NCBI RefSeq assembly: GCF_009914755.1
Contig: NC_060938.1
Source: the human T2T-CHM13v2.0 reference genome, Homo sapiens
Direction: 5' to 3' (one strand)
Length of the DNA stretch: 64,000 nt
In this document: piece by piece, positions 1 to 14,900 of the stretch
Position numbering within the stretch: position 1 is the stretch's first letter
How the letters are laid out: each line of letters starts with the position of its first letter
Position numbers and translations under genes: made by a program
The notes under the pieces: model-generated
What the model was told of the DNA's origin: nothing
What the model saw: the letters and a program-made list of their open reading frames with translations, nothing else
Database searches by the model: none

Positions 1-1414
<1,414 letters not shown>

Positions 1415-1446
1415 CTGAAGAATACCAAGATAAAAAAAAAAAAAAA

Positions 1447-1833
1447 TACCTGGTACAGCATAATTTATAAAGAAAACATTTTATTTCTTATTTGTATGGA
1501 ATCTGAGAAGTCCCAGGTTGAGGAGTTCTGTCTGGTGGGAACCTTCTTGCTGGTGGGGAGTCTCTGAAGAATCCTGGGGTGATGCAGGGTATTGTAAGAA
1601 TGGGGCTGAGTGGGCTAACATGCTATTTCAGACCCCTCTTCCTCTTCTTATAAAGCCACCATTTCCCCTCCTGTGATAACCCATTAATCCATTAACTCAC
1701 ACATAGAGTAATCCATTCATAAACGCAGAGGTCTCATGACTCAATTGCCTCTTTAAGGTCCCACCTCTCAATACTGGCACTTTGGGGATGAAGTTGCAAC
1801 ATGAATTTTGGAGATGACATTCATACCACAGCA
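1447..1833 (-). mobile_element. ERVL-MaLR LTR (MSTD/MLT1A-like), interrupted by the L1
   Basis: TAATTTATAAAGAAAA, TCTTCTTATAAAGCCACC, CCCACCTCTCAATACT, terminal CCACAGCA. Confidence 0.7.
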
Positions 1834-2599
1834 GAAAGGAAAAGGTTTCTAGAACATTTTGACTACAGACATTTCGTTCTTAAAGAAGTCGTGTTATACT
1901 TAGGTAATATTTGTTAGATTCTTTGAGGAGTGAGAAACGGCTTGAATTATCAATATGCTTTCCCAGTTTGCTTTATAAAACCAAGTGGCTCTTCTCTCAT
2001 TAGTGAAAATCATAAAACTCTGCACACTTATGTCCCTGTGGGTATATACGCTTTACTTTTCTCTTATCCCTTATTTCCTCCTTGATTCTATGAGACTAGT
2101 TATGGGTAATGCTTGCTCCATAGAAGTTTTAATCGAATAGCTTTCTCACTTTGATTTGCCTCTAGATAATAGTTTGCTTTCTTAATTAATGCTGTAAAAA
2201 CACACATTATGATCTTTACCTGAAAGATGTTTTGATTAACGCCAGTACCTATGGTTTTGGTTGACTAAAGTACTCTTTTCCCCCTGCAGAGAAGCTGTGC
2301 TCCGTTAAGCAGCTGCTTCATTTCACCCCAGAGGTTGCTGCATTTTGCTAACTGTAAAAATAATGTTTTGTTTATGATACAATTTGTAAGGAGTTCTTCA
2401 TATCAATGGAAATAAAATTCCCTCCCACCCCCAACCCACCCACCCATTCTCTGAGAAAGATAAGCATCTCTCTCTCACTCTGGCTCTTCCTTTTTGCTCT
2501 TTCTCATTCGATTTCCCCCTTCCTCTCAAATGCAGTCTCTGTGTCTGTATAACTTCACATAATAGAATGCCTATGAGCACTCTTGAAAAACTACTCGTC

Positions 2600-2790
2600 A
2601 TAATAATGATAATGAGAATAGTGGCAATTTATTGAGCAATTCCTATGTGCTTGGCTTTATTATAAGGTTTTTACATGGCATTGTCTCAATTGTTAACAAA
2701 CAGTCCTTTAAAGTATAAAATATCATTATTCCCCTTGTATAGAGGAAACCAGCTGAGGTTCAGAGAGGTTATACAGCAACTAAGCAGAAC
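2600..2790 (-). mobile_element. MIR SINE remnant
   Basis: TTTATTGAGCA...CTATGTGC and GAGGAAAC..CTGAGGTTCAGAGAGGTT core. Confidence 0.65.
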
Positions 2791-2929
2791 AGCTGCGCTG
2801 TGCCTGCTATGAATCCATCCATTCTTTGAATTGAAATTAAGCATTCTCATTCAGTACATGGCTACTAGTCACTTGAAATAACAGACACTAACAAATATTA
2901 GCCAATGTCCATATAGTAGTTAGAGTTTT

Positions 2930-3428
2930 TGTTCTAAAGTGCAAATTGGATCATGACACTCTCCCACTTAAAATTATTCAGTTGACCCCAGTTTCCTTCA
3001 AAATAAAGTTCACTTTTGTTGTGTATCCTGTCTTCATGGTCTGGTTCTAGCTTATGATCTGGATTCCATCTCTCCTAATCCCTATCCTGCTTAAGTCAGC
3101 CTTATTCCCAGGGCCTTGTATATTTCCCTTTGTCTATTTGCAATATACTTCTTTCCCTACCCAGTCTGGATCCTACTCCTCTTGGAGTCTGAACTAGGAA
3201 AATTCTACTTCTGGATGGCCTTCTTGACAGTCCCAGCCTCCCCTATTTGGTTCTGTCTTCATGCTCTTGTAATCCCAAGCTTGCATATCTCTTTATTTGC
3301 TTACTGGATTTTTCCCTCTTACTGCTATCCTGGGGGAAGGAGCAGCTCCTTCCTCATTACGTTTCCATCCACAAAGTGCCTGTCATTGAGTAACAATAAT
3401 AAAAAGATATGTTTAACAAATGAATAAA
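2930..3428 (+). mobile_element. L2 LINE 3' remnant
   Basis: CTAAAGTGCAAATTGGATCATGACACTC..CTTAAAA motif and L2-type end AAATGAATAAA. Confidence 0.5.
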
Positions 3429-4009
3429 CACAGAACTAAGGCTGAACTTAAATAATACCCGGGGACAAATTTAAGAGTTAACATATGTTAATGCTTGTCC
3501 CTTCAAACTTACCTACAGGAAAATGATTTCTGTCTCCTTATAAGTCAGTGCATAGTGGTTGGTTTAGGGATGGCATGAGAACAAAACCTGGCAAAAGAAC
3601 TAGGTTAATTTGGCTAGAACTATTGGGAACTATCGGGAAGAATAGTTCTTCCCGATAGTTCTACAGAAAACTTTTTCTGTAAAGAACTAGGTAGTAATAC
3701 TTTTTGCTTTCTCAAGGGCAGTAAGCTGAGGAAATATAGATCTGGATCTGTTGATGTGTTCCAAATCAAAAAGCCTGGTCAAAAAGAAAAATTATATATA
3801 TATATATAAAATATATATTTATAATGTATATTTAATATATATTATATATTAATATATAATGTATATACATATAAAATTGCCTAAGTCAATCTATGTTGGG
3901 GTTCTACAACTTTTTGCTGAAATAATCTTGACTAACACCCTGCTTTGATTTATGCTTTCATATCTCTTCCCTATTCCGCCCTTCTGTCAATCATTAAATG
4001 TTCGCCTGA

Positions 4010-4545
4010 GTTATTCTGAAATGTAGATGTGACTATGTAACTTCCCTTCCTAAAGTGCCTCGGTGATTCCTCATGACTTTTCAATGACTGCTTTGGTGTT
4101 GAATAGAACCCCGGTCTGCCTATCCAGTTCCATTTAATGTTACCTCCTCATGGGCCACAGTTCTAAGTCTACGCTTGACATTCGCTGTACATAACATAAT
4201 GTTTCACTTTTCCGGGGCTTGGCAGATACACATTACTTTCTGTCTGAGTAGCGTTCTCACCCAGACTTGTGAATGTGTGTTCTTACATTAAGACCTTGAT
4301 GAAATATCATCACTTCCCTATACTTCCACTTAGTTGCTTCATCTTTTTCTCTCATGGAAAATTTAAACCTGCTTCTTCTAGCATTCATTGCACTGCATGG
4401 TAATTGTTTAATCCTGTGACTTTCTCTCCGCAGAATATTTGATCTTAGTTATGATGTCTTGTTCATCTTTATAAACATCATGTATAACACATTCTTGAGA
4501 CACAGTAAGTGATCAATAATTGTACAGAGAATAAATAAATGAATG
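4010..4545 (+). mobile_element. L2 LINE 3' remnant
   Basis: Ends CACAGTAAGTGATCAATAATT...AATAAATGAATG, typical of the L2 terminus. Confidence 0.5.
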
Positions 4546-4590
4546 CATCAAGTGAGGTGATGTTCTTTTTATTTTAGTGTCAATATAAAG

Positions 4591-4823
4591 CAGGCGACAA
4601 CTTTACAGAAAAAGGAAAGTTTTTCTGTAAAGGACTAGATAGTAAATACTTTTGGCTTGCAGGCCATACCACCTCTGTCACACTCTCAACTCTGCATTGA
4701 AGAGCAAAAACACCCGTGGACGATTAAGAAAATGAATGGGTGCTGCTATGCTCCAAGAAAACTTCATTTATTAATTGGGTAACAGGCTAGATTTGCCCCT
4801 GGGCTTTAGTTTGCCAGCCACTA
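4591..4823 (+). mobile_element. MER58A (hAT-Charlie DNA transposon)
   Basis: TTTTTCTGTAAAGGACTAGATAGTAAATA...GGCCATA...CTCAACTCTGC...TAGTTTGCCAGCCAC follows the recalled MER58A consensus. Confidence 0.8.
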
Positions 4824-5752
4824 TTATAAGGGAAAGAGACAGTTTACAGTTCTAAACCCAAATGTAAATATATTTTGAAAGAGAGGTCTCTGTGTGAAAT
4901 AGACAGGGGGTGCCTAGATTTTAGGATAATCATGTTGAAGTCCCTGTCTTTGAGATACAAAAGCTCTGATTTGCAACCTCTTTAAAATGGCATTTAAAAC
5001 TCTATGTTCCAAAAACTCCGTTACATTTTATTAAAATCTATCCGGTCACATAATCAATAAATGCTGATTGAAAACATAATCATACTTTCTTATTTGAAGA
5101 AATTTAAAATAAGATGTTCAAATTTAACATTGAATATGCTCTCTGTGAATAGAAAATGTATTTCACTATAAAAGTCAGTGAATACCTCAGTTTCTTTTTG
5201 AGAAATACAGAGCATCTTTTATTTTCCTTTATTTTTCAATCAAATGTTATTTTTCAAACTTTTTTTCCTTAAACTGTTTCCAAAACCCAATGAGAGCTCT
5301 CTAATGTAAAAGTATCATGCTTAGAAAGGGTTCCATTTTGTAGATAAAATGAGAAGAACAACTATTATAGTTTTATATTTTAAAAATCATTCAATAGTGG
5401 AATATTTGATGGTTTCCAATTGTGAGTCCCTCTAAGCATTGAACAGTTAGAAGCACTGAGCTTGGTAGGAGATGGAAAAACTCACATTGGAAGACTATAC
5501 ATGAGCAAACATATGGAAATCATTTAATTATTTGGAGGTCATCTTTTGGACAGTGTCTGTCGGGCCCAGCTGGAGCTTAATGCAAAAGCCCCAAAGCTCT
5601 AGCTGTACCCTCCATTCCCTTCAGTGTATTTCACCAAAAAGCCATACAAATCTGCATCCTAATTAGGTTAAGTTTTGGACTATATCTGCCTGAATTAACT
5701 GGCACTTTTATGCAGATATGATACTGTCATGGCTGCATCCCTGCATCCAGTT

Positions 5753-5795
5753 TCTCTCTCTCTCTGTGTGTGTGTGTGTGTGTGTGTGCACGCGT
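5753..5795. repeat. (CT)n(GT)n compound microsatellite
   Basis: Directly visible. Confidence 0.95.
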
Positions 5796-6153
5796 GAGTG
5801 TTTCTTAATGCCAAATTACACATATTGTGCTTTTGATTTTGTTTTATTTCATTTCTATTTGTTCAGCTTCCTAGATACGTGATGGAATTTTGGATGCTAG
5901 GTTTTATAAAAATATCATCAGATTCAAATGGTCTTTTGTAGGAAGTTTATAATCTACTTTTATTTTCTAAGTTTTAAAGAGACTTGGTATCAGTGCATGA
6001 AAGCACTTTGAAGGCTATACTGGCACACATATACAGAAACATCATTGGCAAGAGTAGAATTCATAAAATATGGGCGATTTGGATCACAGAGTTAATCCAC
6101 TTTTAAGTCCCTAAGTTAAATGTCATTTCTCTATAGTCCAGATAGAGATCCCC

Positions 6154-6430
6154 TGTATCAGCAAGGGTTCCCTGGAGAACAAAAACCAAAGTATATATTA
6201 TATATGCATGTACATACACACATATATACCTATCACATATGTATTTATATAATATGATAATGTTATTATCTATAATGTAATAATATAATCTGTATGTATC
6301 TATATATTATATATGAATGGAGATAGATAGATGGGTAGCTAGATAGACAGAAGGGATTTATTTTTTAAGAGATTGGTTTATGTGATTGTGAAACCTGAAG
6401 CCCATAGGTCAGGCTGGGAACTCAGGGCAA
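6154..6430 (-). mobile_element. MLT2-type (ERVL) LTR fragment with internal (TA)/(TAGA) expansion
   Basis: TGTATCAG..AGGGTTCCCTGGAGAA start; GATTGGTTTATGTGATTGTG. Confidence 0.5.
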
Positions 6431-9239
6431 AGATAAAACCCAGACTGCTATTAGCATGATATGGTATCAAGATCAGGATATCAAGGATGTGGTTATAACA
6501 CACTTTGTTAAGACCTCAGAAAGATTCAAAGCAGTGCCTTTTAGACCCTTTTCATAAGACAAAAAAGGTGTGGTTTTACCACAGCTCCCTGACTCTTAGC
6601 TCAGGTAGGAAGCCTTTATTGCATAGAATTCTGGGCATGACTTTGGGACAATGGAATGAAGCTCAATAAAATTTTATAGAAAACCAATAAAATGGTTTTA
6701 TTTTAAAGAGTTTCGTCAGTGGAATTATCATTACCTTCAACTAAAATGAAAAGAAGCATTTAGACCGTCACTCTCTTATTAGGAAAACTATTCATTGCAA
6801 ACTCATGCCAAGTCTCATGAAAAAGGAAGCACCACTCAGAGATCAGGTACAAGAGCAATAAACAATCATGTATGGGAAGTAGAGTGGGCTCCAATCAAGG
6901 AACTGGCTGTATGTATTGGTCTTGATTTAGGAATCCTTATGGCACATTACCTGCAATGTGTCTTCCATTTTCTCCCTTTTTGAATAAAAGAGTCTGCAAT
7001 GGCTCTTCTGTCCCTGGCTTATAGCAGTAACTCTATGTTAGAAGAAACAATGGGGGTAATTTGTCCCTTTACTTCCTAGTTTATAGGTCTTTGGATTGAG
7101 AGGAGCCACTCCTAAGGGGTCTTGTTGTCACCCGAACCTTGTCTTCAAGCCCGATAGTACAATTAGGTGAGAACTTCGAAGTCTTGGAATGGGATGAGTA
7201 CATTTTGCTCATGGGAGGAATATAAGTAATTTGTGACCAGGGCCAGACTATAGTGGATTAAAAACAGCCATTTATTCATTATCAGTCTCCTCCATAAAAG
7301 GTGGACTTTATTGTCGATCCTGTTTAATATATGCTGCTCTAGTGATTGGTTCACCAAATGATGGCAATGGAAGTGACACTGTGCCATTCCCAGGACTAAG
7401 CCTATTACATTCATGAGACCAAGCACATAAGCACTAGATGTTGGACCTTCTGTCTAACAGGGTGGTTTTCTTTTAATGCTACAGCTTCAGTGAGAGGAAT
7501 GCACCCTGGGTTCTGTGAAGGAGGAAGATTTGTGTTCTGCCCAGCAGTCTGATCAGAGATTCAACACATATTTATTGAAAAATCTACTGTGTTCCAGACA
7601 TATTTCTGAAGAGTTGTATAACTCATGTTTGCATCAAACTGCCTTTATATCTTACACACAGTCAATATCTGCAAACTCAAAGTAGAAAAAATAGTAAAAT
7701 ATTCATATTAAAAGATTTGGAACTGATATTTATTCTGTTAACTGAACATGAAATTTATTTTATGAGCTTGGCTTATGATATCATGGTGTAAAAATAGCCC
7801 AAGGTTACATAAAACCCAGCTTAGCAGTTAAGAAAGGAATGAATTGTAATAATCAGAATACAAAAAATAGCAGAAATATTTACCACTAAATACTTGAGGA
7901 AAATTCAACACAACCAACATGGGAAGCTTTCAATTGATAAGTTATAATGCAAGAGATCATTTTATTCATGAAAACTAGAAAATTCTCAAAGTTTCAATTT
8001 AGTGGCTGTATAGAAATCAGTTCTCATTTAACATTGACAGTAGAATGTGCTTTGTGATTGCTTCACACAAAGTAAAGTAGCGTGAGGTTATAAAAAAGGC
8101 AAAATATAATTTGGCAAAAACTGAACAGGGGTAACAGTGAGAACATAGAATAAAATTTTAGAATATTTGTCAATGAGAGTGTAAATATATTACCTAGCAC
8201 TGTGCTAGGTATTTTACCCAAACTGTATTAATTATCTCAATTATTTTCACAATTACTGTAGCAAGTAAGCACTATTATTAACTTTACATTTGCAGATAAG
8301 AAAACTGAAGCATTAAACATCTTGTGATTTTCTCAAATTGGTGTTTCAGTTGCTTGTTGCTTTATCAACCAAGAAATGGAACAGTACCTCTGCTCACAAA
8401 ATAAGCATAAATGTTAAAGACCCATAAAAAATTGTCTCAACAGCCTGAGCCATCACATAAAAGTTTGACTGCTCTCATGGAGAAACCACATGGAAGGATC
8501 ACCTGGAGAAGAAATGTTTTGAAAACACATACAGAAGAAAAGACATCCAGCTATCTTAGCATCCCAGAGACCTGTAGAACTATTCAGCTGAGCTCACTGA
8601 AACCAGAACCATGAGAGATGATAAAATGTTTGTTGTCTGAATCAACTACATTTCGAAATGTCATTTCACAAAATATTGAGTAGTGTTTCCTTGTATGAAT
8701 ATACTACATTTTTAAAAGCCAACTTTTCCTTTTAGAAATTAAAAGCAACATGCAGAAGATGAAATGCGTGACTTCAAAGATTCCGTGGTTTTTCAAATTC
8801 TAATTGTGCTTGACCGCTGAAATGTAGTAAAGTAAAAAGAGTCCTAGACTGGAAATTGAGAGATCTGGGTTTTATTTTCTACCCTGTCAAAAGCTATCTG
8901 ATGACCTCAAGCAAGTAAGATTCAGATTTTAGATTTAAGTTTTTAAGTTCAATGAGAAATTGAACTGTAAAGTGAGAATTTGGTCTCAATTTGGAACTTT
9001 TCTAGGGCTAACATTTTATAACTCTAGATTTAAATCACCTAGAACAGTAGTTCTCAAAAAGCTAGGGAGTGTCTTCATTTTGTAGAAATATCTTTCTGAT
9101 TTCTGGCGGATAAACATCTCCCTTGGCATTTAAACTCAGTTTTGTCCCACCCTCATTGCTATGAAATCACCCCACTCCAAATGTTCTCAAACACCCTCAG
9201 GGGGGCTTAACATCCTATGTTGAGAATCTAATTCTCAAT

Positions 9240-10370
9240 TTCTACAAAGTCAGCTTTTTGAGAGTATGTAAATGAGTTTGGAGATAACTAATTTTTTAAA
9301 AAATTAAGTCTTCTAATCCAAGAACATATCTTTCCATATATTTTGTTTTTATTTTTCTATGCAATTTTGATTGATTTTCAAAATAGAAGTTATCCATATT
9401 TTCATGAATTTATTTCTAGGCATTTTATGTTTCTAAAAATATGGAGTTTTTAATTTATTTTTTCAGTAGGTTCCAGCTAGTATATAGATATAAATTGGAA
9501 TTTTTAATAATGATAATAAATTTAATTACTTAGCTAATTTCTCTCTTTTTAAAATTTCTTAGGATTTTATCTTTGACAAGTTTGTTGTTTTCTAGTAGAC
9601 AGTTTAATTTTGTCCTTTCCAAGCTGATTATACTTTATTTCTTTTTCTTGTATATTGCAATGGCTGGGAACCCCGTTCTAATGTTGAATAGAGATAGTGA
9701 AATAGCCTTGGCTTGTTCCTGAACTCAGTAGAATCAAATCTAGTTTTTCATCATTAATATGATGTGATAATTTTGTAGATGTGCTTTATCTGTTTGAGGA
9801 AGCTCCTTTCTATTCCTAATTTGCCAAAAATTTTTATGTAGAATAGCTTTTGGGTTTTGACAAATGAGATTATGGAATCTGTAATTTTGTTTTCTTATTG
9901 TGTTAATTTGGTGGGCTATGTTGATTGATTTTTAAATGTTAAATCAGGTGAGATAAACCCTACTTGGTTGTAATGTATTATCTTTTGAGTTGCTAGATTT
10001 AATTTACTAATATTTTGTTAAAATTAATTAAATTATAACCTTTCGATATGTATTAAATATTTTATGCAGCAGCATATGATCTTAGTCAATGTTTTATGTC
10101 CAATTTGAAAATTATGTGCATTTGGCAGTTATTGAATTTAATATTTTGGACCTATCAAGTAGTTCTATTTGGTTGACAGTGTTATTCTAATCTTTGGTGT
10201 AATTTTTGCTTCTATATATGTGCTTTTGGCTGAGTGTTTTCTCAATTACTGAGAAAGTGCTAAAATCTCCAACTATGATTGTGCATTTGTCTTTATCTCC
10301 TTTTTGCACTGTCAGTTTTTGTTATACCAATTTTGACGTGTACATATTTAGAATTATTAGGTCTTCCTAA
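9240..10370 (-). mobile_element. Ancient L1M (L1ME-like) fragments
   Basis: AATGTTGAATAGA, TTGAGGAAG.TCCTTTCTATTCCTAATTTG, AAATCTCCAACTATGATTGTG antisense ORF2 motifs. Confidence 0.65.
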
Positions 10371-11900
10371 ATCTGCTTTCTAGTGATTGGAGGAAAAAGT
10401 ATTTCATGTGTTGGAACTCTCTTATGAAAATACAGCCAGTGAATATTTTGAATGACAACCTTCCTGTTGCCCAGGGACTATAAAACATAGCCATGCAACT
10501 GTAAGGGCCTTGGACTGATGATCTCTATACCATTTCATTATCTTCACATCATCCTCTGAATTCACTATTGTGGCTGCATATCTCTGCCCGGATGCTAGTG
10601 TCTAGCAGCTGGACCATCGATGCCTCTGTAGCAATAGCAAAAAGAAGAGTGTTCTTACCAAAAGACTAACAGTCTGCTGAAGCCCCCAAGCCAGGAACCT
10701 GTCTTTTCTAATGTGGATGACAGTCCTGTTGTATATGTCACTTGCATTTAAAGTAGCATATCCTACTCAAGTGACATGCTAGAATATTCACTTTTCTTTA
10801 AATAAACTTATAAAGGAAGAAAGTGAATCCCTGTGATTTTGAGGAGAAACAAAGTGCAATTTACATCAAAATTGAATTGGGATTGAAGACAAGGAACTGA
10901 GGGAAAACAATGCAATCTGTGATCCCTGGAGGTATTCAGTAGCTGAAATCCAATTTGGGAACTAAACTTGGTGCATTATGTAGACTGGGCACTATCACGG
11001 GACTAAAATTTCTGTCTGCTAGGTAAATGGCTATATGTATGAAGGATCAAAGTGATTGACTTAGACAAGGCTCCTTGAGAGCAGAATCAAGGTCCACTCG
11101 AACTAGCCATAAGAGTGATAATTTGTTGCAACACATCGGCACAGAGCTATTGAGAGTCTGAGGCTAAATACTAGGGCAGAAGTGAGAGTATGACAAATCA
11201 AACCAAGGGAAATTTTGACGTCGAGACCAAAAACGGTGGTTGAATCCTTGCGTGCCAATCCGACCCCAAGAGTTTATTAATTGATCTAAATATTCTTGAC
11301 CTGTAGACCTGTAGGTCCATCAAAAGTGGGTTAGAGTTATTGCAAAGTGTATAAACCATATGCATACAACGTACTGGTTGCTGAAAACATCTACCATTTT
11401 TTAAATGGGTAATTTGTACGGAATGTATTTTTTTTTCTCTAAAGATAATGCATTTGACCCTTTCAACCCTGTGAATGGGGTGTGGGAGGTGTTATTATTT
11501 TCGTGTTACTCCCAGGAAGGGTGCATAGGTACAGACCATTACTTAATAGAAAATAACACACCTGATGTTCAGAAGATGGTGCAAGACCTTCTTTTGTTTT
11601 TCCTTCAAGTCACCTTTCAGTCCATATAATGTCCTCTTTCTATGGGTATCCAGATGTCTCTCTTTTTGGGTCTTCCCTCCCCCTTTTTAATTTTTTTATT
11701 ACACTTTAAATTCTGGGATAAATGTGCAGATCATGTAGGTTTGTTACATAGGTATACACGTACAGTTGTGGTTTGCTGCACCCATCAAACTGTCATCTAC
11801 ATTAAGTATTTCCCCTAATGCTGTCCCTCCCCTAGCCCCCCACCCTCAACAGGCCCCAGTGTGTAATGTTCCCCTCCCTGTGTCCATGTGTTCTCATTGT

Positions 11901-14900
11901 TCAACTCCCACTTATGAGTGAGAACATGTGGTGTTTGGTTTTCTGTTCCTGTGTTAGTTTGCTGAGAATGATGGTTTCCAGCTTCATCCATGTCCCTGCA
12001 AAGGACATGAGCTCATCCTTTTTTATGTATTCCATGGTGTATTTGTGCCACATTTTCTTTATCCAGTCTGTCATTTTTGGGCATTAGGGTTGGTTCCAAG
12101 TTTTTGCTATTGTGAATAGTGCTGCAATAAACATACATGTTCATGTGTCTTTATAGTACAATGATTTATAATCCTTTGGGTATACACCCAGTAATGGGAT
12201 TGCTGGGTCAAATGGTATTTCTGGTTCTAGACCCTTGAGGAATTACCACACTGTCTTCCCCAGTGGTTGAACCAATTTACACTCCCACCAACAGTGTAAA
12301 AGCGTTCCTATTTCTCCACATCCTCTCCAGCATCTGCTGTTTCCTGACTTATTAATGATCGCCATTCTAACTGGCATGAGATAGTTATCTCATTGTGGTT
12401 TTGATTTGCATTTCTCTAACGACCAGTGATGATGAGCTTTTCTCCATTTGTTTGTTGGCCACATAAATGTCTTCTTTTCAGAAGTGTCTGTTCATATCCT
12501 TTGACCAATTTCTGATGGGGTTGTTTGTTTTTTTCTTGTAAATTTGTTTAAGTTCTTTGTAGATTCTGGATATTAGCCTTTTGTCAGATGGATAGATTGC
12601 AAAATTTTTCTCCCATTCTGTAGGTTGCCTGTTCACTCTGATGATAGTTTCTTTTGCTGTGTAGAAGCTCTTTAGTTTAATTGGATTCCATTTGTCAATT
12701 TTGGCCTATGTTGCCATTGCTTTTGGTGTTTTAGTCATGAAGTCTTTGCCCATGCCTATGTCCTGAATGGTATTGCCTAGGTTTTCTTCCAGGGTTTTTA
12801 TGGTTTTAGGTCCAAACTTTAAGCCTTTAATCCATCTTGAGTTAATTTTTGTATAAGGTATAAGGAAGGGGTCCAGTTTCTGATTTCTGCATTTGGCTAG
12901 CCAGTTTTCCCAACACCATTTATTAAATTGGGAATCATTTCCCCATTTCTTGTTTTTGTCAGTTTTGTCAAAGATCAGATGGTTGTAGATGTGTGGAGTT
13001 ATTTCTGAGGCCTCTATTCTGTTCCATTGGTCTATATGTCTGTTTTGGCACCAGTATCATGCTGTTTTGGTTACCGTAGCATTGTAGTATAGTTTGAAGT
13101 CAGGTAGCATAATGCCTCCAGCTTTGTTCTTTTTGCTTAGGATTGCTTGGCAATATGGTCTCTTTTTTGTTTCCATATGAAATTTAAAGTAATTTTTTTC
13201 TAATTCTGTGAAGAAAGTCAGTGGTAGCTTGATGGGAATAGCACTGAATCTATGAATTACTGTGGGCGGTATGGCCATTTTCATGACATTGATTATTCCT
13301 ATAAATGAGCATGGAATGTTTTTGCATTTGTTTGTGTCCTCTCTTATTTCCCTGAGCAGTGGTTTGTAGTTCTCCTTGAAGAGGTTCTTCACATCCCTTG
13401 TAAGTTGTATTCCTAGGTATTTTATTCTCTTTGTAGCAATTGTGAATGAGAGTTCACTCATGATTTGGATCTCTGTTTGTCTGTTCTTGGTGTATAGGAA
13501 TGCTTTTGATTTTTGCACATTGATGTTGTATCCTGAGAATTTGCTGAAGTTGCTTATCAGCTTAAGGAGATTTTGGCTGAGATGATGGGGTTTTCTAAAT
13601 GTACAATCATGTCATCTGCAAACAGAGACAATTTGACTTCCTCTCTTCCTATTTGAATACGCTTTATTTCTTTCTCTTGTCTGATTGCCCTGGCCAAGAA
13701 CTTCCAATACTATGTTGAATAGGAGTGGAGAGAGAGGGCATCCTTGTCTTGTGCAAGTTTTCAAAGGGAATGCTTCCAGCTTTTGCCCATTCAGTATGAT
13801 ATTGACTGTGGGTTTGTCATAAATAGCTCTTATTATTTTGAGATATGTTCCATCATTACCTACTTTATTGAGAATTTTTAGCATGAAGGGATGGAGAATT
13901 TTATTGAAGGCCTTCTCTGCATTTATTGAGATAATCATGTGGTTTTTGTCATTGATTCTGTTTATGTGATGGATTACATTTATTGATTTGTGTATGTTGA
14001 ACCAGACTTACATCTCAGGGATAAAGCCTACTTTATCATGGTGGATAAGCTTTTTGATGTGCTGCTGGATTTGGTTTGTCAGTATTTTATTAAGGATTTT
14101 CACATCGATATTCATCAAAGATACTGGCATGAAATTTTCTTTTTTGTTGTGTCTCTGCCAGGCTTTGGTATCAGGATGATGCTGGCCTCATAAAATGAGT
14201 TAGGGAGGAGTCCTTCTTTATCTATTGTTTGGAATAGTTTCAGAAGGAATGGTACCAGCTCCTCTTTGTTCCTCTGGTAGAATTTGGCTGTGAATCTGTC
14301 TGGTCCTGGGCTTTTTTGGTTGGTAGGCTATTAATTATTACCTCAATTTCAGAATTTGTTATTGGTCTGTTCAGGAATTCGACTTCTTCCTGGTTTAGTC
14401 TTGGGAGGTTGTATGTGTCCAGAATTTTATCCATTTCTTCTAGATTTTCTAGTTTATTTGTGTAGAGGTGTTTACAGTATTCTCTGATGGTAGTTTGTAT
14501 TTCTGTGGGATCAGTGGTGATATCCCCTTTAACAATTTTTATTGTGTCTGTTTGATTCTTCTCCTTTTCTTCTTTATTAGTCTGGCTAGCATTCTATCTG
14601 TTTTGTTAATCTTTTCAAAAAACCAGTTTCTGGATTCATTGATTTTTTGAAGGGTTTTTCTTGTCTCTATCTCCTTCAGTTCTGCTCTGATCTTAGTTAT
14701 ATCTTGTCTTCTGCTAGCTTTTGAATTTATTTGCTCTTTCTTCTCTAGTTCTTTTAATTGTGATGTTACGGTGTCGATTTTAGATCTTTCCTGCTTTCTC
14801 CTGTGGGCATTTAGTGCTATAAATTTTCTTCTAAACACTGCTTTAGCTGTGTCTTAGAGATTCTGCTATGTTGTGTCTTTGTTCTCATTGGTTTCAAAGA

